The notes under the pieces: model-generated
Told to the model about the DNA's origin: nothing
Databases searched by the model: none
What the model saw: only the letters and a program-made list of their open reading frames with translations
Made by a program: the position numbers and the translations under genes
Shown: positions 24,416 to 38,335 of the stretch, one piece after another
How the letters are laid out: each line of letters opens with the position of its first letter
Position numbering within the stretch: the first letter of the stretch is position 1
Source of the DNA: Octopus sinensis
Lineage: Eukaryota
DNA: 64,000 nt
Assembly: GCF_006345805.1 (NCBI RefSeq)
Contig: NC_043000.1
Location: 95,108,001 to 95,172,000, forward strand
Reading direction: 5' to 3'

Positions 24416-25224
24416 CAGAATATATTTAGACTATTAACGATTATTGAATACATTAATGATCTTTTCTGCTAAAGGCACAAGGGGAGAAGGGACAAATCGA
24501 TTATATCGACCTCAGTGTTTTACTGGTACTTAATTTATCGACCCCAAAAGGATGAAAAGCAACGTCGATCTCGGTGGAATTTGAACTCAGAACTTAAAGA
24601 TGGATGAGTTACCGCAATGCATTTCGCCCGGTGTGCTAACGATTCTGCCAGCTCACCGTCTTCATTAACTATATTAATGATAATAAATCCAATAGTATCT
24701 TCGCTTTTAGCAGATACCAATGCACAACTAACTAAATTCCTTTTGTTTCATGAGCGACATCTACTCGTATTCCATCTTTGCTCTTTACAAATGAAGTCAA
24801 GTTGCTATTTAACATCTGGTTCCTCTTTTTCCATGTTTGTCTCTTAGCTAACCTTTTGTTTTCCTTACCCTTCTTTCTTTCATTTCTGCTCATCTCTGTT
24901 TTGTCTGTCTCTCTACACTTTATACCTATTTCTCATCAAGTATGTTCAAGTGTATCTCTGTCCACTTCTACTTATAACATTCATTATCTTCTATACAGAG
25001 GTCCTATTGAACGTTTTAGGGCAAATCTATTCAAGTTTAATGTCTTCTTTATTGGTTTCGAGGTGTAAAATTTACAGACTTTTCATCTCTTGTCGGTAAG
25101 AATTCAAGTCCGTCTTCCTGATTTCACTTAAACACGAAAATTGGCCATCGATGTTCATTATCGAAAGACACATAATACATTATATGCGCTTGTGTATGTG
25201 TGTATAATATGTACAAATATATTT

Positions 25225-25264
<40 letters not shown>

Positions 25265-25269
<5 letters not shown>

Positions 25270-25830
25270 GAATTATATAATCCCTTCTGTCTGTCTGTCT
25301 GCGTGTCTTCAGGGATCTCGGGCATCCTCCATCCGATTGAGCTCAAATTTGATATGTAGATACCGATGGTATCAGGCCGTGTATAAGTCTTGGAAAAATT
25401 ACAAAAATCGATTCCAGGTGAGAATGCGATCGATAAAGCCGTTTTTGTTCTACTTTTCTTCCGTCAACCTGTACATAACTGCACCGTCCATGTTTTGTTG
25501 TTTTCTACTGCTTAAAGGCACGTTTCTTACCTGCCAAGCTTACTGATTAAACCATGTTTGTGTTCTCCCAGTCAATAGCCTTATCATTACTGGTACTTTA
25601 AACTCTTCAGTTGCATATTTGTGAGAATAAAATCGTTTTTCTTTGAAATAGAAAGAAGTCTATCTTTATTTCTTGTTTTGCTGGTGTCTCAGATTTAGGT
25701 TAAATCAGTGTTTTTCAAAGGGGACGCCTATGGGACGGTCGGACAAGTTGTTTTGAGAAAATTTGGTTTTAATGTTTGACAACTAAGCACCATCCATTGG
25801 ACGGGGTGGGGGCGTTTTGCTCGTATATAT
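25265..25830 (+). mobile_element. Non-autonomous Helitron/DINE-like repeat
   Basis: tataatcccttctgtctgtctg...ccgattgagctcaaatttgatatgtag...gttttgctcgt. Near-identical segments occur at 27884-28437 (+) and 33170-33672 (-). The superfamily is inferred from architecture. Confidence 0.6.
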
Positions 25831-25879
25831 ATATATTTTTATATGAGAGAGAGAGAGACAGGCTGACAGACAGAGGTAA

Positions 25880-25942
<63 letters not shown>

Positions 25943-25943
25943 T

Positions 25944-25983
<40 letters not shown>

Positions 25984-26002
25984 TAGATAGATAGATAGAT
26001 AT

Positions 26003-26079
<77 letters not shown>

Positions 26080-26496
26080 AGCAAAAACATCAGCGGTTAC
26101 GCACACACATACATATCAATAAGAGAAAGTGCAAAATTATTACTGTAATTATTAGAATATGCATGCATACCTGACTATGAGTATGTGTGTGCGTTTATTT
26201 GTACGTGTATGTATTCATGTGGGCATGCATATTGTATACATGTGCTCGCGCACATTCACAATATATATATGTATATATACATAAAAGAAGTTTGCTTCTC
26301 AGCCATATGGTTCTAGGTTCAGTCCCATTGCGTGGCGCCTTGGGCAAGTGACTCCTACTATAGCCTTGAGCTATATATATATATATGTGTGTGTGTGTCT
26401 GTGTGTGTGTCTGTGTGTAGTTATGTGTGTGTGTATGTATGGCTGCTGTATGTATATATGTATGTGTATATGTATGTATATGTAAGTATATATGCT

Positions 26497-26536
<40 letters not shown>

Positions 26537-26629
26537 GTGTGTGTGTGTGTGTGTGAGTGTGTGTGTATATGTATGTATATTTGTATGTATATATATGCGT
26601 GTGTTATATATGGTAATTGTCTATTCCTA

Positions 26630-26870
26630 ATGCAGAGTTTGACCACCTCCTGCACCTACACCTTAGAACCATCATGGCATCTGATGTGCCTTTTTAAACC
26701 AGACAATGCTTTTAAAAGGCACCCACATAGATTGCATATACGATTTTGGACCACCAAGAGCAGCAGTTAAGTTCTGATCCTTGTGGAACTTAAAATGTCT
26801 GTTGAGGCCTCCGTTAGATTTGCAGACCTTCTGGCATATATTACATTGAAACCTGTGCACAGACATATAG
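26630..26870 (-). pseudogene. Two C2H2 fingers, frameshifted; probably the 3' end of an RTE-like LINE
   Basis: FQCNICQKVCKSNGGLNRHFKFH, then in a shifted frame ICNLCGCLLKALSGLKRHIRCH-DGSKV-stop. There is no TGEKP linker. Confidence 0.55.
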
Positions 26871-27382
26871 GCAGAAAGTATGTGTATGTATGTATGTATG
26901 TATGTATGTATGTATGTATGTATGTATGTATGTATGTATGTATGTATGTATGTATGTATGTTGTATGTATGTACGTATGTATGTATGTATGTATGTATGT
27001 ATGTATGTATGTATGTATGTATGTATGTATGTATGTATGTATGCTACTTAGATTTCGACTATATTTTGGTCATGCTCCCTGATGAGTTGTTGATCGAAAT
27101 GAAATGTATTCAGATATGAATAGTTTCTTTGGTATTTCATGGGGGAATTGATCTTAACACCGTTAACTATTATGAGATCTATGTTTGTTTTCTTTTCGAC
27201 TAAAGCAGGACCATTTGATGTCTACAATTTTAGTGCGGTAATATGTGATATGAGTTGAATTTTTGTAGGAAACATATGAAATTGTGGCGTAACCTTGGGT
27301 GATTTACAATACAAGCACATACACACACACACAGACATCCATACATATATATATATATAGACCGATAAATAGAGAGAGATAG

Positions 27383-27460
<78 letters not shown>

Positions 27461-27883
27461 GTAGACAGATAGATAGATACGTACGTACGTACGTACATAT
27501 ATACATACATACATACATACACTCGTACATCCATGCGTACATACATAAATGTTGCTTGGTTTGCTGAATTTTCAAGTTATGCTTTACATAGACAGAATAA
27601 AAGAGAGATACATAGAGAGATAACATAAGAGGGGCGGGTTGAATGCACATACTAGACTTGGCTGCAGGCAGCCGGTGAACGATCGCTACGTACACATACA
27701 CACAGTCAGAGAAAACGATTAATAGAGACAGGGGAGGAGGAGGAGTAAATGCCAGATTAATAATGACAGAAGTCATAAAAACGAGAAAATCTATTTTGAG
27801 GTAAAATATTTTTCTTCAGAAAATTAGCATTTATGCCATCATATTGCACCAACAAGATTGCATAAATATTAAATAGTAATCCA

Positions 27884-28437
27884 TTATATAAAATCCCTTC
27901 TGTCTGTCTGTGTGTGTGTCTGCTAGGATCTCGGGCATCCTCCATCCGATTGCACTCAAATTTGATATGTAGATACCGATGGTATCAGGGCGTGTATAAG
28001 TCTTGAAAAAAATTACAAAAATCGATTCCAGGTGAGGATGCGATCGATAAAGCCGTGGGAACGTGCATTTGTACGTGAAAGTACATCAGCTGTTGTGATC
28101 GATACTACGCGTACGCGAGAAATTGGCACGTGCAGTTTGCGCCAAAAAAGCCGGCTGGCTTGAAATAATGCCACAAGATGCAGTATATTTATGAGACCAA
28201 AAATGTAAGATGCAAAGAGATATTTTCTTCAAACTTGGCATGAAGGAAGGACAGACTATTTGGTTTCTCAAGAAGTTTTTTTTTTTTTGCCTTAGCTTCG
28301 TTTACCAAAACCAAAAATTTTATCGAAATAAAGGCATGCTTAATTATTTTTTAATGAAAAGAAAACACTGATTGCTTTTTATTCAGCAGATATGATTCAG
28401 CACCGTCCATTGAACGGGGGGTGTTTTGCTCGTTATT
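27884..28437 (+). mobile_element. Helitron/DINE-like repeat, copy 2 with a variant interior
   Basis: Same 5' 170 bp and 3' end as 25265-25830. Confidence 0.6.
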
Positions 28438-29268
28438 GTATATATACACATAGCTATCGTTGTTGATAGCAGCAGTTATTCTTTCAAATTTAGTCGTCGT
28501 ATGATGGATAATCTACTAATTCCTGAATACCTTTTATATTTTGTCAAATATCTCCAATAATATTTTATCATCGCGACCCTTGTTTCAGTAACCGCTGTCG
28601 TATGGTAAAGCACAGTTTACTAAGGGATTTAGGAAAGGTAACAGTATATATATAATTTATAATTTTTTTCTTTAAGGAAAAATCGCAGTTTCTATTTTAT
28701 TACTCCGTTCGTCTAATCGTATTGTAAGAATATTCTTTCTCATTTCTACGTACCCTTCATTCTATTTATAACAGCGTTTCATTCGTTTTGTACGACCTTG
28801 TTTATCTTTTGAATATTCGATTATCTTTTTTATAGCTATTAATAATCCTTATATTATTCAGCATGGAAGTTGATAAAAAGGCATCAAATTATTTTCTCTA
28901 TTTGTTCCTATATACTGTTCACTACTGTCAATTTCTCTCTTGAAAGGAATGTCAACGATATATTTTCTAAGAATGTGACCTTCATTATTATCACCTCTTT
29001 TGCTTGTTTTTGGTTATTTATTTACTTATATTACTGCATGATCCTCAATTAATTAAGCACGCACATGTTATCATGAAATACATTTGTAGATGCAAAACAT
29101 ATTTTTTTCATGATCATTTTTGTAATTATTACTTATTTGCTTATTTTCATGTTATTCCACATGAACAATAACTTGCTATAGAATAAATTGAGAAAAATAT
29201 ATAGATTTTTATACTATACCATGCTCTCTTGAACACGCACACTCACAAACACTCGCACGCACATATAT

Positions 29269-29337
<69 letters not shown>

Positions 29338-29662
29338 ATGTATAGTGAGAGACAGAGAAAGAGAGAGGAAGGATGCGAAAGTTGATATTATATATATCAT
29401 ATACATGCTGTACACATGATATATACACATACATATACAAACTAGGGATTTCTGGTATATAGTCTAACGCTCAAAATTTATCGAGAAATATGTAAACAAA
29501 TTCAAAATGCGATAAAATAAAATTAATTATTATCGCTGGTGTTTCTAGCACCGGCCATATATTATTCATATATAAGTAGATTAAAGGCGAAGTATGTACT
29601 AGAAACACAGAAGCTTGATAAATTTAGTGAAATGAAGATAAAAACTTTTACTAACTCTGTTC

Positions 29663-29737
29663 ATCTTAGACTGCACTTTCGCCTTGTTCAGCAATAAAGA
29701 TAATATTTATTTACTCAGGTAGGCTCTTCAGTAAGAT
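29663..29737 (-). ncRNA. Type I hammerhead (family D, C15.2 to G variant)
   Basis: Minus strand: AUCUUA-CUGAAGA-GCCU...AGGC-GAAA-GUGCAG-UC-UAAGAU. Confidence 0.75.
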
Positions 29738-30061
29738 TCCTGTTATTATGAAGCGCAACTCGATAGACACATGTGCGTCTAATAATTTGCTCTTTCTAAC
29801 TAATCAGATCACTGCGCAGACGCAGAACGAACCCGACAAACTAGGGATTTCTGGTATATAGTCTAACGCTCAAAATTTATCGAGAAATATGTAAACAAAT
29901 TCAAAATGCGATAAAATAAAATTAATTATTATCGCTGGTGTTTCTAGCACCGGCCATATATTATTCATATATAAGTAGATTAAAGGCGAAGTATGTACTA
30001 GAAACACAGAAGCTTGATAAATTTACTGAAATGAAGATAAAAACTTTTACTAACTCTGTTC

Positions 30062-30136
30062 ATCTTAGACTGCAGTTTCGCCTTGTTCAGCAATAAAAAT
30101 AATATTTATTTACTCAGGTAGGCTCTTCAGTAAGAT
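30062..30136 (-). ncRNA. Type I hammerhead ribozyme (family D, canonical core)
   Basis: Minus strand: AUCUUA-CUGAAGA-GCCU...AGGC-GAAA-CUGCAG-UC-UAAGAU. Perfect 6-bp stem I, palindromic stem III ACUGCAGU, triplet GUC. Confidence 0.88.
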
Positions 30137-30255
30137 TCTTGTTATTATGAAGCGCAACTCGATAGACACATGTGCGTCTAATAATTTGCTCTTTCTAACT
30201 AATCAGATCACTGCGCAGACGCAGAACGAACCCGACAAACATATATATATATAAC

Positions 30256-30328
<73 letters not shown>

Positions 30329-30428
30329 TATATATATATACACATAAATATCGATCAATGAGAAACAGTTCTCAGCACCGCATTGGTGGTTGAAGATTTT
30401 TTTCTGAATGATACGCAAATAAAGTATA

Positions 30429-30467
<39 letters not shown>

Positions 30468-30490
30468 TATATATATTATATATATATATA

Positions 30491-30850
30491 TATATAAAAC
30501 TGAGAATGTGTGTCTGTCTGTGTGTTTCCCTAAAACTTGAGAACTAAACAACCAATTTCATTCAACTTTTACACATGCCTTACTAAAGGTACGGGGAGTG
30601 TCATCGGCAAAACAATTTAAACTTTTTCCCTAGGGCGACCCCACAGCAATATCATATCTTCTCTACTATTTCAGTATTACGTGTTAAAAGTGAAACAAAA
30701 ACATCTCTCTATTGTTATGCAGACATTCACTTTAATACTGAAACTATTAAAGTGAAAGTATTATATAACAGGGTTGAACTATTAAGAGTGGTCATCCATT
30801 GTGCTAGAAGAAGATCCGCTATGGTCTTATATGCTACACCACTGGTTTTC
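30491..30850 (+). mobile_element. Non-autonomous Helitron-like element, second family
   Basis: tatataaaactgagaatgtgtgtctgtctgtgtg...caaccaatttcattcaac start, resembling Helitron-N/Lep1-type elements. Confidence 0.5.
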
Positions 30851-30889
30851 AATTCATATTAATCAAATTAATATTCAATTTTTCACCCT

Positions 30890-31008
30890 TATATATAGGT
30901 ATATAGATATATATAGATATATAGATATATATATAGATATATATAATATATATAGATATAGATATATATAGATATATATAGATATATATAGATATATATA
31001 CATATATA

Positions 31009-31041
<33 letters not shown>

Positions 31042-31100
31042 GATATATATATAGATAGATAGATATATACAGATATATATAGATATAGATATATATATTG

Positions 31101-31134
<34 letters not shown>

Positions 31135-31155
31135 GGTAGATGCATATATATATAG

Positions 31156-31200
<45 letters not shown>

Positions 31201-31442
31201 TACAAATACATATAAATATATATATATATAGATATATATATACATATATACATACATATATATATACATATATACATACATATATTTGAAAAGCCCACTA
31301 GAATGGGAGCAAGCGCTAATCCGAAATCCGATGATATGATATGATATATATGTAAAGAATGTAATATATAAATAAATATCTACAAATATGAGCCATCTGA
31401 TCTGATTACCTCAATTTTTCTAATACATACATATATATATAT

Positions 31443-31487
<45 letters not shown>

Positions 31488-31900
31488 CATATACATATAT
31501 ACATGCATATACATATATATATACATATATATATGTACTACATATACATATATAAATATATACATACATATACAAATATATATATACATATACATATACA
31601 TATATATATATACATATAAATATATATATATATACATATATATATACATATACATATTTAAATACATATACATATACATATATATATATATACATATACA
31701 TAATATACATATATATATATACATATACATATATATATATATATACATACATATACATATATATATATACATATATATACATATATATATATACATACAT
31801 AAACATATATATATATACATACATATACATATATATATATATACATACATATACATATATATATATACATACATATACATATATATATATATATATACAG
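30890..31900. repeat. Long compound TA/TAGA/TACA microsatellite
   Basis: Direct reading. It is the source of several spurious Y/I/M-rich ORFs. Confidence 0.95.
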
Positions 31901-31997
31901 ATATATATAGGGAGAGTTTACGAAAAACTAAAAGACGAAGACAGGTGGTGTACAAAACAAACAGATGTATCAGTACAACGCTCAGGAATAGAAACAT

Positions 31998-32033
31998 CTT
32001 TTACGTTTCGAACCTACGTTCTTCTACAGAAAG
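31998..32033 (-). ncRNA. Minimal hammerhead-like motif (family A)
   Basis: Minus strand: CUUU-CUGUAGA-A-GAAC(GUAG)GUUC-GAAA-CGUA-AAAG. The host (about 31905-32095) starts at (TA)n. Confidence 0.6.
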
Positions 32034-32491
32034 GGACACAGAAAAAACAAGGAGAGAAAAAGATGTGTGTAGTTTCTAACGATCTATCATGGCGACCAGT
32101 GTATTAGGCAGGAGATGTATTAGGACATGAAATGTAAAAGCCGGACTAGATTATTTTATGCGCAACTCCATTGTCTCCCGAGACAAAAAGTATGCCAACA
32201 ACAATATATATGGATTTCGTAGACAGGAACTGAAACAAGCCAATCGTATATATATGTATATATGTAAGTGTATGTGTGTGTCTTTGTGTCTGTGCTTCGC
32301 CCTCATCACTGCTTCAGAACTGCTGTTCATTTATTTACATCCACAAAACTTACTGGTTTCACAAGAACAAACTAATAGAATAAGTACTAGGCTTATCAAC
32401 ATAAAAAAGCACTAGGCTGTGTCTCATATTTTTGTTTGCCCACTCAGTTGTATTTATCAATTTATCTTTGTGTGTGTGTGTGTGTGTGTCT

Positions 32492-32552
<61 letters not shown>

Positions 32553-33169
32553 ACACCCTAATGGGAGCCTTAACTCCCATATTTTAGTCATTTCTTTTAT
32601 GATCCAAAACTAGGTCAAAAGTACTGAATCGATCTTTATGAAATTTGGAAATTATATTCTAAGCATAGGGGCCATAACCTCCATGACAATTCATATATTT
32701 TTGCTGTTGATGAAATTTTAACCATAGATATTAGACACAAATGAAGTAATATTTATAAAATTTCATCTTCTTACAAAGCTAGAAAGACCCTTCCATGGGG
32801 ACTTAACACCCACAATTTTGTCCTTTTATCTAAGCAAAAATGAATACAGTTGGGCTCTTGGAAGCTGTAGGGTTACCCGAGCATAAAAGTTGGGCATTAC
32901 TCCTAATTCAATGATACAACAGTGCAACAGTTTGCTTTGACATACACTTACACTTACATTGTGATTTCTGCAATGTGGTGCATAATTGTTAAGTAAATGA
33001 GAGGCATCTTTGTCTCCACTGATTCAGTTGCAAAGTGTTGAGTAAAGTTATTTGATTGCAGACCTCCTTTCAGTTTTTTTATTATCACTCGGTCACACAT
33101 AGTCCCCAGATGGTAACATTGATTACAAGGCCTTCCGTCCAATTGACGGTGCTGAGTTGTCAAACATTT

Positions 33170-33672
33170 AAACCAAATTTTCTCAAAACAACTTATCCGA
33201 CCATCCCATAGGCCTCCCCTTTGAAAAACACTGATTTAATCTAAATTTGAGACACCAGCAAAAGAAGAAATAAAGATAGATGTTTTTTCTATTCCTAAGG
33301 AAAACGATTTTATTCACACGAATATGCAACCGAAGATTTTAAAGTACCAGTAATGATAAGGCTGTTTACTGGGAGAACACAAACATGGTTTAAACAGTAA
33401 GTTTGGTAGGAAAGAAACATGCCTTTAAGCAGTACAAAAACAACAAAAATGGAAGGTGCAGTTATGTACAGGTTGACGGAAGAAAAGCAGGACAAAAACG
33501 GCTTTATCGATCGCATCCTCACCTGGAATCGATTTTTGTAATTTTTTCAAGACTTATACACGCCCTGATACCGTCGGTATCTATATATCAAATTTGAGCG
33601 CAATCGGATGGAGGATGCCCGACATCCTAGAAGACACACACACAGACAGACAGAACGGATTTTATATAATAG
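33170..33672 (-). mobile_element. Helitron/DINE-like repeat, copy 3
   Basis: Reverse complement of 25265-25760. Confidence 0.6.
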
Positions 33673-33859
33673 ATTATTTATATTTGACTCTATATCTGTC
33701 TGTGTGAATGTAAAGTATATGATTATGTGCATATTTTTGTATGCATGTAATTGTGTGAATAAATGCATCTTTTACTTGATTCAGTCATTGAACTGTAGCC
33801 ATACTAGGTAACAGCTTTGAAAGGCTTAGTCGAATGAATAGAACACAAACAGAAATACT

Positions 33860-34930
33860 CATACAAACAGGCTCTACCTAAGAAGAAATGAACGTGGTAG
33901 AGGCCTGGAATCAGTGCAGATGGCCTTCGAATGCCGTATGGTATCACTCAGGCAGCACCTGCTAAACAACAGCAGCAAAAATAAATATATAAACGCAGTG
34001 CTGAAAAGCGAAATGAGCAACATTGTACGAGTTGGCAGTGAGCTCCTCAAGAAGCACTCTCTTCCTGATTATCTCCTATATAACTCCAAAACAGCTGGGC
34101 TCTCTTACCTTAAAGACCTGGATGAAAAGCACTCAGCATACAAAAAAAAGACTATGCATGGGTATGTTGCCCGGAAGCTTGAAGAAGACAGTAGAATTGA
34201 CACGAAGCGCAGCCTCTCTTGGATACAAGACAACTACATCACATAACACTTTGAGGGCTATGCGTTTGCAAACCAGGAACAGGAGACTGCAACAAAGTAC
34301 CTGGTGAATAAGAGAGACAGTAACGCTCTTGTAATCCCAAGGTGCAACCGCATGCGTAGGCTATGTTATGTTTCTGTGGACGGCATCATGCATGTGATTA
34401 TCAGCTATCCTAAAATGTCGTCATGGTACTACTTCCCTATGCGGCACGGTTTTGATACTAAAACAATTTACAATGCCGTCGGCAAAAAAGACTGTCCTGA
34501 AAAAACTTAGAAAATCCCTTTTATGAAATACATTCATGAACGCCAACTCAAGGAATACTGGTGGAATATTCCCATCAAAACTTCTCTCAAATGTAAGCAT
34601 AATAGACTGGATATTGTTGTTTGGGACAGAGGAGCATACCATCATAGAGGTCAACTTCCCTGCAGATATAAATATATGTTTGAAAATCAAAGAAAAAGAG
34701 GATATCTATCGACAACTGCTTTGAAACCCCCAGCCTCTAAATACAGACTATGAATTCATATTCCTGCAAATAATAATTGGAGCACTGGGTTTTGTTAGTA
34801 AATGCTTGGGGGAGAATCTGGACAAACTGGGATTTTGAGAAAAAGAAATCGACTTTCTAATTCGTACATTACAAGTGAAATCTGTGAGTGGAACAGTAGA
34901 AATATGCAAGACTTTTCCCATGATCCAAAT
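33860..34930 (+). mobile_element. RLE-type LINE remnant (NeSL/R4-like, second lineage)
   Basis: Broken frames KKKTMHGYVARKLEE...EGYAFANQEQ, WWNIPIKTSLKCKHNRLDIVVWDR and IIEVNFPADINICLKIKEKEDIY. Confidence 0.8.
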
Positions 34931-35185
34931 GTGAATTTGTCTGTGTTAACTACATCCCAAAGATGCAGCCTCGTATCTTTGTTGGAAACCGGCTCCCTCC
35001 CCAATGGAAGATTTATAATAATTAAAAAATAGAAGGGACATAAATGCCTGCATACATACATACACGCATATTCAAACACACAGACACACATATTGTGAAT
35101 ACTTCTCACATTCAGCCCGTTACTTTGTTTAAATTCACCAATTATACATTGTTTATTGACGCGACCATGTGCCGGCAAGAATTAC

Positions 35186-35218
35186 GTGTGTTCGCCAGGT
35201 GTTAAAATGTTTATGGGC
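35186..35218 (-). CDS. Candidate micro-exon (R-PINILTPGEH)
   Basis: atcgtctag| acceptor and |gtaatt donor. 33 nt, phase-compatible with 38336-38548. Confidence 0.25.
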
Positions 35219-36124
35219 CTAGACGATATGTAATATGCTAAACGTCGGATTAATAATAAGTTCGCTCGAGGTATAATGTTTAATGTATGTAGTGTCATGA
35301 TGTTAATGTGATTAACGGATATGTTGCATATTAATGCAAGTGAAATCATGCAAAATGAAGTATATTTCGTGTAATCATACAAGTGCTGCCTGGTTACCAA
35401 TATAGTCAACGGAACAGTAGCTACAAAATGATGGACAGTTAATATGATTCATATTTACTACACAATTTATTACAGGACACGAAGACCTGAACTAAAACAC
35501 CCACTCAACGGTTCGTTACACTCCTTGGCACCATAGGTTCAAATTACCATGAAGTTAATAAAATATGTAGCAATCTGTTAATATTGATTTCAAATTTTAG
35601 TACGACGCTAGTAATTTCAGGGGAGGGGTAAGTCGATTACATCGACCTCAGTGTTCAACTGGTACTTGAATTATCGACCCCGAAAGAATGAAAAGTAGCG
35701 TCGACTTCGGTGTAATTTGAACTCAAAACGTTAAGACGGACGAAATGCCCTTAAGCCCATCGCTCCTCATGCTAATGATTTTACCAGCTAACCACCTTAA
35801 GTAGTCAAATAATACTGATTTCAAATGTTCGCACAAGTCAAGCAATTTTCGAGAAAAGGTTAAGTCGATTACATCGACCGAATGCTTATTTGGTACTTAT
35901 TCTCTCTACCCCGAAAGCATGAAAAGCAAATATGATTTCGCCGCATTAATCAGTCAAATAATATTGATCTCAATTTTTAATCATGTCACCTTTTACTTAA
36001 TCCAGAAAGAAGTATTATTTTTGTTGCTGTTGTCAATTTTATTTCTTAAGCAGTAGATTTGGTTAAGTACCAATATAAATATCATTGTATTATTTAGTTA
36101 AGTCACTAAGAAAAAAGCCGTTGA

Positions 36125-36188
36125 TTTCTTCTTCTTCTTCTTCTTCTTCTTCTTCTTCTTCTTCTTCTTCTTCTTCTTCTTCTTCTTC
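36125..36188 (+). repeat. (TTC)n microsatellite
   Basis: Direct reading. Confidence 0.95.
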
Positions 36189-38335
36189 CAATCAGGACTC
36201 ACGCCATTAGCCACATAGAATACTCTCTAAATGGAGCCTACTCTAAGCTACTAAGAATGCATGCAGCAACTTGAAGAGCCACCCACCACACACGATAGAC
36301 TGGCGGTCGCACGGGCGCGAAAACTACGTTGTTATCCTCATTCAGTAAACGGTGAATTTTACCGGGTGGCGAGATGAACCATCCTGGGCCACAGAGGATT
36401 CGCAATATAGAATAGGGTCTGAAAGTTTACCACACCATGGTTCCTTTGCTTTGTGGCATAAGTAGGAAGAAAGCGTGAGAGAAAGTTGTGGTGAAAGAGT
36501 ACAGCGGGGTTCACCACCACCCCACGCCAGAGCCTCGTGGAGCTTAGGTGTTTTTGTTCAATAAACACTCACAATGCCAGAGCCGCTGATGTTCACATGA
36601 AGGAAGCCAGAACAATTATAAAGCTGTATATCTGTATTACAAACAATATAACCGTTATATTTCAAATAATATACTTATCGAGAATAACCGTGATTGTTTT
36701 TCGAAAAATTGGCCCCTAATCGAGTTGTCTGATTCGGGAATAAATTAGAATATTCTATTGGTAAGCTATAAATTAAATTCACATTTGTTTATCTTGTTTT
36801 ATTTCAATACAGAGAGTAAAATATATTGTGGTTTGTATATGCTTTAAATGGCTCACGTGACACTGTCATGATATAATTGTTTCTGCACAAAACACCAGAC
36901 GAGCCTCAGAGCAAATCTCTTTGCATCACCTCTTAAAAGTAATGCTAGTATATTTCACAGTGTATGAAACACCCACCTTTGCAATGTCCCTATTCAAACT
37001 CCGTTTTGCTAAAGACTGGGGAGCCGGATATGTTGTAACCGGTTGTTTCTGTACAAAATCAATGCTGTATAATATTATCTCAAACTGAGGGTGCACAATC
37101 ATGTCAAAACACCAGTCTTAGACTCAGCTATGTCATTAAAGCATGGATGATGCCTACACAGATCGCCTAAAGTTTAGACTTTAAAGGCACAATCTGTTCT
37201 CCGAAGATGAAATTCAACGTCCAAAAACATATTCACATCCAAGTTTGCTGGAACATGCTAAGAATGGATATTCTTAGCATTTTGTTCTCCCTGCTTTGCA
37301 CGCTCATAATTCAATATCAGTTTGTCAGATCTTAACAAACATCAGCAAATATCTTGTTTCATGAATTCTCAAAGAACAATCGTTCTTGTTTAGCTTCAGA
37401 TTTCCAGGTTGCTTCTGATTAAGGATGCCAAAACACCGCTGTCTCAGAATCCACTACTTCCCTGCTTTGTGTCCTTTCTCTACATACATGGTCTAAACAG
37501 AGAATTTCTTCTCTAAAGACGAAAGCATATTCACGTCCAAGTCTTCCGGAACGTGTTAAGAATGAATATACACATCATTGTTATAATTCTAGGTTTTGCG
37601 TGCTCAATAATAATTCGAAAACTGTTGGTTTTTGATGCTTTATTTCTATCTGTAGTTTAGTTTTCTCTTATTCTAAACGAGAAAATTTTTTGTTCAGACA
37701 GTAAATATTTTATAATAATTCCTAATTTTAGATAACCCTTTATATTTTTGTATTAAAAGGAAAATGCAATCTAAGTAATATATCTCAAATGTAATTATTA
37801 TATTCCTCGTTTTCCTATCTTGATAATTCCCTTAGCTTCCAGTTATCGATTTTCATTCCGTATAAAAAGTTATGGCATCTCTTCTGTTCTGGAAATATAT
37901 CTATTTTTTATGTATATTTTACAATATTTTTGCTAAGGCTTTATATAACGTAGACAGACAGGTGACAGGTCTCATGTATATGGAGATTTCTTTATTCAGT
38001 CTTAGGTTTTTGAAAGAAGTTTTCGCTCCATAAATCATTTTTGTTATATATTTGGTTATTGTTGAATATATTTGATTACACTTTTTGCATATTTGTCTGG
38101 TATTTTAGCCAATAGTTTGAATGGAACTTTATCATTTTCGTGTGTTTTCCAATTGTTCATATTGTGTAGTACCTGGGCTACTCTTTTTAATCTTATTTAT
38201 TTCAACAATCGTGCAGTTGTTTTGCTTTTCGTCTTGAATATTCTCGCCTTTGGCATTCAATTCTCAATCAGTAGGACTTTCAAAATCTACACTCGCTAGC
38301 GCAGCACTTTTGTTGTCTCTTTATTTCGGAAATAC

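Larger units (their letters stand above)
29437..30240 (-). mobile_element. Tandem dimer of a 399-bp hammerhead-containing unit (retrozyme-like, family D)
   Basis: Units 29437-29835 and 29836-30234 differ at 4 positions by my count. ACAAAC marks all three junctions. TA-rich microsatellites flank the array. Confidence 0.88.

Noticed and set aside
25030-25110. Minus-strand CCGACAAGAG...CCTCGAAACCAATA
   Set aside because: The core, stem III and stem I are all defective, so it was not counted as a hammerhead.
27075-27120. CTGATGA-GTTGTTGATC-GAAA-TGAAATGTA
   Set aside because: Core nucleotides are present but stem II is poor and no stem I pairing exists.
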